DNA from: Felis catus
Lineage: Eukaryota
Direction: 5' to 3'
DNA length: 64,000 nucleotides
NCBI RefSeq assembly: GCF_018350175.1
Contig: NC_058369.1
Location: 248,001-312,000 of the forward strand
Made by a program: the position numbers and the translations under genes. Under the pieces are notes generated by a model. It was not told where the DNA came from. It did not search any database and worked only from the letters and a program-made list of their open reading frames with translations. Positions 39,901 to 51,900 of this stretch are shown here, one piece after another (position 1 is the stretch's first letter; every line of letters begins with the position of its first letter).

Positions 39901-42900
39901 GTGTGCAACTACTGAGCACCTACTATGTGCAGCCATTTCACTGAGCACCTACTGTGTGCAGGCATCTTACTGAGCACCTACTGTATACAACTACTGAGCA
40001 CCTACTATGTGCAGCCATTTCACTGAGCACCTACTGTGTGCCGGCATCTTACTGAGCACCTACTGTATACAACTACTGAGACCCTATTATGTGCAGCCAT
40101 TTCACTGAGCACCTACTGTGTGCAGCTTCCAGGGGCCCTGCGAGAGGCCATAGAAAGGAGAGGCCAGGTTCTGCTGTTTCCCACCATGTGTGGAGGGTTT
40201 GGGGGAGCAGTGGGGAGGGAAGGGCAAGAACCAGGTCCCCATCTAGTCCTAGGCCTCTTGCCTCCCCCCACGGAAGCAGGAAGCCTGTCCCTTCAGCTGC
40301 ACCTGGCCACACGGACGTTTATCCAGCGCCCGCTACGTGCCAGTTCTGGGTGGCTTCCCGGAAACATCCCGTGGATGAGAAAGGGCGTCTGGGGCTGAAA
40401 TCTGGGTTTGCTGCTTCTTGGCCTCCTGTTCCCCAGGGGGCTGAGAGCCCTTTCTGAGCACTGGGGCTCCCAGGAGACTCCAGGGGAACCCCCAGGATAG
40501 CAAGTCCGAGGGTTGGGAGGGGGGCCGGGGTCCTTCACCCTCCGTGTGTCCCTCCCGGCGCTGGATGGCAGGTGCTTGCCGGGTAGGCGGGCGAGGGGCT
40601 GCACGCCTTTTCCGTCTCCGAGTCTGGGCGAGGGGCTGCACGCCTTTTCCTGCACATTCTTCACGACCCAGCTCCTCCCCAAACCCTTCCCCAGTCTCTA
40701 GGCAGAGCCCCGCCCTCCTGTCCCTGGGCCCTGCTCTGAGGGGGGCAGGAAGCTTTGCGGGATGAGGCTCAGGACAGGACAGAGCTGCCTCTGAGGGGGG
40801 CAGGGAAGGGTCCCATGAAGCTGGAAGGCACAGGGCTGGGTTCTGACCAGATCTGTTGAAAGCAGGCTGGGGTGGGCCCCACCTCGACCTTGTGCGTTCT
40901 CTTCCCCCAGGGTCCTGGCGGCAGAAACCACATCCCAGCAGGAGCGGCTCCAGGCCATTGCAGTGAGTCCCCTGCCCCTCTGACGGTGTGGATGGGGGTC
41001 GGGGTCTCCACACCCAGCCCGGGGCCCTTGGGACTCAGAACCAGGGCGTCCCGCGGGAACCCTGAGTGCCTCCCCGCAAAATGGACATGAAGGGGTCCCC
41101 TCAGTTCTCAGAACGTGGCCTCCTAGTGGAGCCTTCTACTGGAGATGGGGGGACAGGTGGGGGGGGTTCAGGCTGGGGGCTCAGACCGGGGGGGTCAGGT
41201 TGGGGGGTCAGACCGGGGCATAGGCTGGGGAGGACAGGCAGGGATCCGATCGGCCAAGTAGGTGCCGTTCACGGTAAAGCAGGATCTGTGTGGGCAAAGC
41301 GTCCGGTGGGTTTGGTGGGGTCTGTGTGGCCCCCACCTAGTCCTGACCCGTCGTGTGCATCCCCGTCAGGAGAAGCGGAGGTGGCAGGCGGAGATGGAGA
41401 GCAAGCGTCGGCAGCTGGAGGACGACCGTCGGCAGCTACAGCACCTGAAGGTCCTGAGCGTGCGGCCCGGCCGGGGACCTGGGCCTCGGCTGGGGGGAGG
41501 CAGAGCCTCTGGGACCCGGGCCTCGGCTGGTGGTGGGGGAGGCGGGCCCCAGGACCCGGGCCTCGGCTGGTGGGGGGTGGCCGGGCCCCAGGACCTGGGC
41601 CTTGTCTGGTGGGGGGGGAGGCGGGCCCCAGGACCTGGGCCTCGGCTGGTGGGGGGGGGCAGGGCCCCAGGACCCGGGCCTCGGCTGGTGGGGGGGAGGC
41701 AGGGCCCCAGGACCCGGGCCTCGGCTGGTGGTGGGGGGGCCGGGCCCCAGGACCCGGGCCTCGGCTGGTGGGGGGGAGGCAGGGCCCCAGGACCCGGGCC
41801 TCGGCTGGTGGGGGGGGGCCGGGCCCCAGGACCCGGGCCTTGTCTGGTTGGGGGGGGGGGCCGGGCCCCAGGACCCGGGCCTCGGCTGGTGGGGGGGGGG
41901 GCCGGGCCCCAGGACCTGGGCCTCATCTGGGGGGAGGCAGAGCCTCTGGGACCTGGGCCTTGTCTGGTGGGGGGGAGGCGGGCCCCAGGACCTGGGCCTC
42001 GTCTGGGGGGAGGCAGAGCCTCTGGGACCTGGGCCTTGTCTGGTGGGGGGGAGGCGGGCCCCAGGACCTGGGCCTCGTCTGGGGGGAGGCAGAGCCTCTG
42101 GGACCTGGGCCTTGTCTGGTGGGGGGGAGGCGGGCCCCAGGACCTGGGCCTCGTCTGGGGGGAGGCAGAGCCTCTGGGACCTGGGCCTCGGCTGGTGGGG
42201 GGGAGGCAGGGCCCCAGGACCCGGGCCTCGGCTGGTGGGGGGGAGGCGGGCCCCAGGACCCGGGCCTCGGCTGGTGGGGGTGGCCGGGCCCCAGGACCCG
42301 GGCCTCGGCTGGTGGTGGGGGGGCCGGGCCCCAGGACCCGGGCCTCGGCTGGTGGGGGGGGCAGGGCCCCAGGACCCGGGTCTCGGCTGGTGGGGGGAGG
42401 GGGCGGGCCCCAGGACCCGGGCCTCTGCTGGTGGGGGGGAGGCAGGGCCCCAGGACCCGGGCCTCGGCTGGTGGGGGTGGCCGGGCCCCAGGACCCGGGC
42501 CTCGGCTGGTGGGGGGTGGCCGGGCCCCAGGACCTGGGCCTCGGCTGGTGGGGGGCGGCAGGGCCCCAGGACCCGGGCCTCGGCTGGTGGGGGGGGGGCC
42601 GGGCCCCAGGACCCGGGCCTCGGCTGGTGGGGGGGAGGCAGGGACCCAGGACCCGGGCCTCGGCTGGTGGGGGGGGGGCCGGGCCCCAGGACCCGGGCCT
42701 CGGCTGGTGGGGGGGGGCCGGGCCCCAGGACCTGGGCCTCGGCTGGTGGGGGGGGGGCGGGGCCCCAGGACCTGGGCCTTGCCCCTGACAGGGGCTGGGG
42801 GAGTGGGAAGGCAGAGCTGACCGCACCCTGACTCTGACCCGGGTCCCTATCAACCCCAGTCCAAGGCGTTGCGGGAGCGCTGGCTGCTGGGGGAGACGTC

Positions 42901-45900
42901 CTCAGCATCACAGGGGGACGAGGACATGCGGAGACAGATGCGGGAGGACGAGCAGAGGGCGCGGCTGCTGGAGGGGTCCATCTCCAGGTGGGTGGGGTGC
43001 GGTCCAGGCGCGGCTTTGATGGATGGTGTGCGGGCCTCTGAGCTGGGCCTGAGGGGGCAGGGGGCTGCCTGGCGCGACCCCCTGCTCCCTCCAGCGCCCG
43101 GCGGTGCAGGTGTGTGAGGGTGACCGTCGGGGCGGATCCTGAAGGATGGGAGTTGCCCGCAGCGGCCTCCCTGGGGGTTTCCTGGCGCCAGCCCCGCCGG
43201 TGAGCCTTCCCTGGCTTGGTGCTGGTGCCGGCCACAGACGCCCAGGCAGCTGGGCCCGCAGGAAGCCTGGGGTGGGGGGGCGGGGCGGGCCCAGGGAAAG
43301 TGACCCCCTCCCCGCCACCCCCCCCTCCCCCGCCCCGGGCCGGGACAAAAGGCCTGGGGTTTCCGGGCAGGCAGAGGCTCAGCTCCAGGGCGGCAGGGTC
43401 ACGGTGGAGGGAAGTGACGGCCAAGATTCCAAGCGTCCACTTGGCCAGAGAAGGTCCAAGAGGCGTGGGGCCTGCCCGGGCCCCACAGCTCGGCCCGCCC
43501 ACCACGAAGACCTGGGATCCTGTTCCGCCGCCCAAGCCTATTCCCCGGGGCCAGAGCAGGGGGCTCGAATGGAGGCGGGACTCAGGCGGGACAGGACTGC
43601 CGGGCAGAGGGCAGAAACTTGCTGGGGATTGTTGGCCACTGGGGGCTGGACGAGGTGGGCTTCTACATCCCACCCTGCTGGGTGCAGCCCTGGGCGGGGC
43701 GGGGCACACGGGCCAGTTCAGGAGACTTCACGGGGGAGGGGGTCTCGCTTGAGCCCTGCCGTGTGTCCCGCACGAGTCAAGTGCTTTGGGGGCCCTTGGC
43801 TTTCTTCCCCCTCCTCAGGTGGCTCTGCCTGGACGCCTCCCTCAGGAAGCCCTCCAGGCTGACCCTAACTGTGGCCAGCCTGTCCACCTAGGGCTAGGCT
43901 TGCTTCATCAGGGGCCACGGCCCCAAGCCCCGGCCGGCGCTGTTTTGTTCTCACGGGGCCGTGTGCTCGTTACTTTGCAGTATTTGGAAGGTGATGTGGG
44001 TTTTCCAGTTCCCCCAGAGAGAGAAAGCTTCCTGTAAACATAAATGCGTGTGAACGGAAAACAGGAGACTTGGTTACAAACCAACAGACAAGTACCCGGA
44101 GGCAGTGAAGGTGCCAGGGACGGGCCAGCCCGACCCGGCTGCCCGCCTCGGTTTCCCCGGTTGCGAGAGGGAAGGATGCAAATGGCTCCCAGCAGGTGGG
44201 GGGCATCGAGTCAGGGAGCCCACGGTGGCGCTGGCGCTCACCGCCCCCCCCCCCGCCCTCCCCAGGCTCCAGAAGGAGATTGAGGTGCTGGAGAACGCGG
44301 GCCCGCTCACCACTGCTGCTGGAGAGGGCGCCGCAGCCCCGAGCCCAGCCAAGGACGAGAAGACGGAGGTGGCGCTCGATTCTCGGCAGGTGAGGAGGTG
44401 ATGATGCGCCTGGGGCGCCCACCAGGGCCAGCCCCAGGGTGAGACACCGCCCCTTCTCAGACTTCGGAGCCACTTCCCGCTGTGCGCCTCAGTTTCCCCC
44501 ACCCCCCTTAAGCGCCCCCACGTGCTGGGGTGTCAGGAGGGACCGCGGGCACTTTGCACGAGACCTGGCGCAGGGGCAGCTCTCGACGAAACCCCCACTT
44601 GTCACCCCTGCTTTTGCCGAGTCTGCCACCGCCGTCGCCTGTCCGTGGGCCCATCCCGGTGGGAACAGCGCCCCCCTCGGGTGGAAGAGAAGCTCCGGGA
44701 CCCGGACAGGTTGAGGCCACACTGCTAGGAGGTGGTCTTTACCGGACTTGGCCATGTTTCTGGGGTCTGACGAAACCAGACCCTGGAACTCTGGACCCAG
44801 AGCTCATGGACGCCGTGTGTTAGCACAGATTCAAGATCTCCCAGGCACCTTTGCTGCTGTAGGATTCAGGAGCCCTGGGACACGTGTTCCCCCCTCGTGT
44901 CCTAGCTGTGACGGCACCTTGCCTTGGGGCAGGGGCCCTGGGGGCGTCTTGAAGGCCGGCATCCCTGCCGTGTGTCTGGGCCCTTCTCCACATGCTCCTC
45001 TGTCAGCTGTCCCCTGCTCACTGCTTTCCGGGGCCTGGCCTGGGGCAGACCAGCGGGATGTGGCCTGGGGCCTGGCCTCGCCGAATCACGCCAGGAGAGC
45101 GGGAGGAGGGTGGTCAGGCCGCGATGGGTCAGCCCAGGGTCCTGCGGAGTCCCTGAGGAGGCATTTGATGCATGGGAACCCTAGACAGACTTCCTGGAGG
45201 AGGTGGGTTTTGAAATGGAACGGGAGTTCTTCGGACTTGGGCTCGAGACGAGAGGGACCTTGCACCGAGGTTGACTGTGTATAGACCTTGTTGTCGTGAT
45301 GCCCGCGTCCTGGAGACTGAGACACTGGTTGGGTACGTGACACGGTACCTCGAGGGACAGTGACACGATGTGGTCGGGGTGCAGAGTGAGAAACCAGCCA
45401 GGCAGAAATCTAGAGTGCAGGGACGTCACATACAAAGGCCCTGGGACAGGAATGTGTTCAAGGAACAGGGAGGCTGGCCAGACATGGGGGGTGGGGGAGG
45501 AGAGGCCTGCGGGCAGGGAATCTGTGGACCCGAGACCCTGGGGGTCATCGAGAAGGGTTTCGTCTTCGTTTGGGGAGCAACAGAGAGCCACCGGTGGCTT
45601 CTGAGCAGGGCGGGACATTATCTGGCTGTCACAGGCTAGGGCAGGGGTGGGGGGGTCCCTTCCGGAGGAGACCGCACCTGTGATGGGGTCACCAGCTGCG
45701 AAGCCGAGCCCTCTGCGGGGTCCCCCCCCCCACTGCTCCCAGCGGGAAGGCGCGCCCCAGCCCTGACCTCTGTCCCTTCTTTCTTGCAGGCCCCGGTGGG
45801 CACGCCCAAAGGTAGGCTCCGGGGAGGGGCGGGGCCCGAGCGCCCTCTGGTGGCCGGAGGCGGGTGGTGGGCTTGGGGAGGGTGCCTGGAATGTGACGGC

Positions 45901-48900
45901 TGGTGGCTGGCGTTGCCGACGGAGGCCGGTGGTTGTCGCTTCTGTGGAGCCCCGCCTCTGGCCACGTCCACTTGCTCCGGTGCCGGCGGGCGGGCGGGCC
46001 TCGGTTTTCACGTCTATACAGTGGGATCTGTGGGGGCAAGAAATCAGCGTCTCAGCAAGTCCGGGGGACGGGGCGCTGTTTTAAAGGACAAGGTTCCCCG
46101 CCCACAGGTGAAAGTCTGCCATTCAGGAAACAGAGACAAAAAGCCAAAAGTTTGAGATGTGGGATCTATCTTACTCCCTTCCTCCAAAACGATTACAGAT
46201 AAATAATATACATCTGCCAGTATTTCACAAATATGGATGGTGCTTAAATGTAGATTTAATTGCAAATATGATTGTTAAATATAACAAAGTATTAACCGTA
46301 TTAAAACTATTTAATATAAATTATATTTTTAAAGCACATATTGAACTAGTATCCGCATGTGGGAGCGTGGAAGGAGGCCCACCAGCCGGGACTGGAGGTG
46401 GTGGCCAGTGTCTTCGGCCTGATTTGTTGCATGTTAATTATTCAGGGGAGTGTCTTACTGTGGAATTAAAAATGAATAAGTAAAAAAAAAAAATCCACCC
46501 AGGGCTCTCAGGGATTTTGTGAAAATCATCTGAGCTGAGAGATGGAAGCAGACTGGGGGCTGGTGTGTGTTTAGGGGGTTCTGGACGTGCACACGTGTGG
46601 AGGGGAGTGTCTGGATGTCTGGGCAGTGTCTACATGTCTGGGGGTTATCTGGCTGCCTGGGTGGGGTGCCCAGGCGTCTGGGGGTGTCCAGGGGGTGCCT
46701 GGGGGTGTCCAGGTATGTCTGGGTATCTGGGGGGTGGCCGAGTGTCTGGGGGCATCTGCAGGGGGTTGTCTGGGGGGTGTCTGGGTGTCTGAGGGTATGT
46801 GAGCATGTGGGGAGGTGTCGAGACAGCTGGAGGTGTCTGGGTGTATCTGGAGGGGTGTCCGGGGGTCTGTGCGACCGTCCCTCCTCTGACCCCCATCTCT
46901 GTCTCTACCCTTCACTCCCTGAACAGAGAAAGGAGTCTCCAACACCCCTGTGAGGACGGTCGAAGGCTCCACCATGATGAAAGCAGGTGGGTCGGCCCCC
47001 TGCCTCGCCCCCTGCACCCAGCTGTGTCCCTGGGCTGAGCGCCGGGCCCAGGGGGCCTGGAGAGGCAGGGGCCAGGGCAGACGCAGACGCGCCCTCAGCA
47101 GGAGCTGTGGTTATGGGGGTGGCAGCCGGACCGAGGCCCACCCCTGAGCCTGGGGTGGGGCCCGGCCGCCCCCCTGCTTTGGCACCCTGGTCACGCGCTG
47201 GCCCAGCTTCCCTGAGAAGGTGGGGCCCCTCGCATGGCCGCTCTCTAACCCAGTGCTCCCCACGGCGTCCTCCCTAACCTTGCTGCCCCCTCCCTGCCTG
47301 TGGGCGGCGCACAGGCCCCCCCCCCCCCCCGCACACGCCCGCACGTGCTCACTGCAGAGCCTCCCTCCTCTGCTGTCCTCAGGCTGCCTCAGGATAGGGA
47401 GCGAGCGCACCGCTCCTGGAGGTGACCAAGCTGGGACTCAGGCATTTCTGCGCTTCTGGGAAGCCGAGAGAGACAGGGTTAGCGCTAAGCATCACACAGA
47501 GTTGGGGTTCAGGTTCTCGCTCTGCCACAAGGTGACTCCCTGTCTCCGCCTGTTGGGCAGCGGGATTATACTGACTGCAGGCCCAGGGTCAGGGACCCAA
47601 CCCGGGAGCAGTGACGGGTGGTCACAGCTGGCAAAGCCTTATTGCTGCCGCTGGTATTGGGGTGAGTTGTGGATGCAGGAAACCACAGAGGGAGGTGAAG
47701 ACCATATTGGGGGCAGGGTGGCCAGGACACCTTGGACGGTGACAGGGGAGGCCCGGGGTCTCGTGCAGGGTCAGGCAGTTTTGCCCCAGGAGGCAGGGGA
47801 CAGAGGGTAGCATTTGCCAGGGAGGAGGTGTCTTCAGGACCTCTGTGCCAGTCAGACCAGCTCCACCCTGTCCCTTAACCAATGACCTTGTGTAGTGCAC
47901 AACCCATGCAACTGTGTGTCTGGAGATGAGGGTGTTAGGTGGTGCAGGGGTGTGGATTAAATGGCATTCGTTCAGTCATTTGGCAAGTGCTTATTGAGCA
48001 CCTGCTGTGTGCAAGGTGTGAGGGGCACAACCCGGGGTGGGGGGTGGGGCTGACATTCTGATAAGGGCAATGTCTATGCAGTTAACTTATGGAGAAAATA
48101 AGGCAGCAGGTGGAGCTGGAGGGGGCACATTTAATCAGAGGGCTCAGGGGAGGCCAAACTTAGTAGGTGACATTTGAGCAAGGACCCAAAAGAAGTGAAG
48201 GAGCAAGGCATAGGGAGATAGGTGTTTCAGGTGGAGGTCACAGCACATGCAAAGGCCCGGGGACTGGATTTGTACCTGCCCTGGGGAAGGAATAACCAGG
48301 AGGCCTGAGTTGATTAGAGCAGAATGAGCTAGGGGGGAGAGAGGAAGGAGGTGAGCGCAGGCCAAGTCATGCTGGGTCCCGTGGGTGTGGGAGGACTCAG
48401 GCCTTAACCCTGGGACAGCACAGGGGAGCCCTGGAGGGCTGTGGGGGGAGGAGGGACCTGTACCACCCAGTGCTCACTGGCGCCCTCTGGTGGCAGTGGG
48501 GAGAACAGACCGTGGGCGGCGCCTGGAGGCCAGTGAGAGGGCAGGAGAGGCCTTCAGTGGGTCCCAGAGCGGTGGGGGGAGATGGGGAGCTGACCTGGTC
48601 AGGGGACACGGAGAGGTTGAGATGTGGGTTGAGATTCCAACTGTTCCCAAGGCAGCACCCACTAGATTTGCAAATGGACAGATGTGGGGGGTGAGAGAGG
48701 CAGAGGAGGAGGGAATTGCAGCTTATAGGGGCAGATTGGAGGGAGTCTTGGACATGGTGATTTGGGGGCTCCTCGGGGACCCTGAGGGGAAGGTGGGATA
48801 CTGGGATTCAGGGCGAGGTCCTGGGGGCCATGGTCAGCACCCGGGGGTCACTGCTAGGACCCAGGCTCCCCATGTGGTCTTTGTGGTGGTGATTTCTGTA

Positions 48901-51900
48901 CAGTGGGGGCGGGATTTTGGCTGTTGAATTATGGCTCTAACGGGTAATGACGCTCATTTATTTCAAGAGGGAATTTTCCATTCTTCATAGTGAAAGAGCT
49001 GACGATCAGTTCGATAGTTGACCGAAGTACGGACGCACAGACATGCTGACCACCGAGGCGGGGGTGGGGGGTCCAGGACAGGGCGGAGATCCAGCTGGGA
49101 ACGCAGGCCTGCCAACCCAAGTTCAGACCTTGGCTGTGACCGTGGCCAAGGCATGGCCTCCCGCTGGCTCTGAGGAAGCAGAAGCAGTGTAAGGCTTTCC
49201 ACGTGGGGTGGGATGCGAGTTTGGGCTTCGAATGCCGAGCAAAGGACCTCAGGCTGGCGCCCGTGTGGTGCCGGGGAGCTGGGGGCAGACGAGGAGCTGG
49301 GGGGCGCTGCGTGGAGGGCGTCCCCACTGCTTGGCTCTGCGCTGCCGGCTCCCCTCCCTGGCTTGGCTGCAGCCGGCGGGGGGCACGTGGGCAGGTGGCC
49401 TTGGGTAACCCGTGCCTCCCGTGCCAGCCATGTACTCGGTCGAGATCACGGTGGAGAAGGACAAGGTGACGGGGGAGACCCGGGTGCTGTCCAGCACCAC
49501 CTTGCTCCCTCGGGAGCCGCTCCCTCAGGGCATCAAGGTGTACGAAGACGAGACCAAAGGTATGCGGCCCCCGTCCCCCACCCCAGGCCCCCACCCCACC
49601 CCCTTCCGCAGCCCACCTGAGTTGACGTGGGTGCTGCTCGGGGAACGGTCTCACCCCCCACAGCCCACTGTTGACTTAGAGGCCGTTCAGTACTGGGCCT
49701 GCAGCCCTGTCTTTGTTCACTCCAGGAACCTGACCGGAAGCTTGGCTGAGGGCTGGGTCCTAGGCTGGGCTCTGGGAATCGAATCACAGAGGGACGCGGC
49801 TCTGTCCTAGCAGAGCCCCTTGGCCCGTGGGCCCAGCCCTTCAGTCTGGAGCTCACGAATAAATTTAGATGATTATTGTTGAGATAAAGATGACAAGACC
49901 CCCTGAGATGCAGCGTCTAGCGGGGGCGGGGAGGGGCCAGGGGAGGCCCCTCAGAGGAAGTGAGCAGGGCCTCACTGGACGCACAGCAGGTGCACAAGGA
50001 AACAACAGTGTGCCTCACGGAGGCCACAGCATGTGCAAAGGCCCTGTGGCGGGATGGCATTTGCTGAGCTGGAGGAACTGAAAGGAGCCTGTGGGGCTGG
50101 TGCAGAGTGGAGGGAGGCGTCAGGTGAAGCGTTGGCGGGAGGGGCGAGCAGGGGCCAAGGTGCCGAGATCTGGTTTGGTTTTGGGAGTTCCCTCTGGCGG
50201 CCGGGAGGGAAACAGGGTGTGAGAGACTCCAGCAGGAAGCCTGATGAGCAGCAGCCTTGGTCAAAAGTCCCAACACGCCTGTCTGTCTCTCCCTCTCTCT
50301 CTCTCTGTAAGTCATAAGCCATAAAATTCACTCTTTTTGTTTTTAGGTAAAAAAAAAACCACTTTATTTATTAAAATGTTTATGTTTCAGAGAGAGAGAG
50401 CACACGTGCGCACACGCATGAGCGGGGCGGGGGTGGGGGGGCAGAGAGAGAGACACAGAATCCAAAGCAGGCTCCAGGCACAGAGCCCGACGCGGGGCTC
50501 GAACTCACAAACTGTGAGATCATGACTTGAGCTGAGGTTGGCGCTCAACTGACTGAGCCGGCCAGGCGGCCCAAGAAAAAACTTTCTTTTAAACTGTGTT
50601 ATCCGTCCGTGTTTAGACAGCAATTTCATAAATATTTTGGCATTTAAACTTTTGCTCATTTTTGGCATGGCCTGTGGGGGATAGTATATAAATAACCCCA
50701 GGGAGGGGAAATTTCGGGCGGCATTTACTACAATGGTAGGAGAAAGGAGACGGATCACTTCAGTAAACAAAATACGCGTTGAGAAGACATTAAAAAGTTG
50801 TATTCAAAATTAAGGCAAACCATTTGCTTTCCTCGTGCCGTGGAGTCCATGGAGCTGGCCGCCTGAGTCGGGGATAAAATTATACCGCCCGGCCCAGAGT
50901 CCGTCAGTAAGTCCACAGTGGGGTCTGTGCCCAGACGTGGTGTATGGAGTGGAAGGGTCCAGGACACCCACACAATTCAGCACATGGTTCGGTGGGTTTT
51001 GGTTCGTTTGCCATGTTATGTGCTCTAATTCCGGAACATTTTCGTTCTCCAAAGCAGAAGCCCCATCACCCCCCATGCCCACCGTGGCATCCACGTAACC
51101 CCCTTCCTGTCTGTGGCTGAGCCTGTTCTGGACGTTTCGCACACGTAGAATCACACAAGTGGAATCACACACAAGTGGCCGTTTGTGTCTGGTTCCCTCC
51201 CTGAGCGCCGTGTGTTCAGGGTCCGTCCGCGTTCATATTTTATGGGCTGAATAATATTCCGTTGTTTGGGAGGACCACATTTTGTTTATCCAGTCATCGT
51301 TGATGGCTGTCTGGGATGTTTCCTTCTTTTGGGTTTTAGGACGCTATACAAGGTTTTGTAGGCGCACATGTTTTCATTTCTCTTGGGTGATACCAAGGCA
51401 TGGAATTTCTGGGTCACATGGGGACTCTGTGTTTTACCTTTGGAGGAACTGCTGGGTGTTTTCTTTTTTTTATGTTTATTTATTTTTGAGGGAGAGAGAG
51501 AGAGAGAGAGACAGAGCATGAGCCAGGGAGGGGCAGAGAGAGAGAGAGGGAGACACAGAATCTGAAGCAGGCTCCAGGCTCTGAGCCATCAGCACAGAGC
51601 CTGATGCGGGGCTCAAACCCACAAACCGTGAGATCATGACCCGAGTTGAAGTCAGACGCTCAACCGACAGAGCCCCCAGGCGCCCCATCTCCCCCTCCCA
51701 CTAGCCATGCACAAGGGTCCCCAGCTCCCCACGTCTTCGGCAACACTTGTTATTGTCCCTCTTCAAGTTACTATCGTTATTTCTGGAGCCATCGTGTCGG
51801 TGGTGAGATGATGTCTCGCTGTGTCGATTCCCAGAGCCTCATGATCTTAGAGGCTGTTCGGTCTCTGTGGCTGTGAAAGGGGCCCACTCGCAGCCCAGCT

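Noticed and set aside
39881-40125. CRISPR-like array of a conserved core with short variable spacers
   Set aside because: The 'spacers' are 5-10 nt and themselves recur every 82 bp. There are no cas genes and the DNA is mammalian. It is a minisatellite.
41066-43709. Long ORFs of 433-757 aa in five frames encoding Gly/Pro-rich, collagen- or mucin-like proteins
   Set aside because: They are translations of the stop-poor G-rich VNTR inside PALM intron 3. Being open on both strands at once indicates a repeat artefact.
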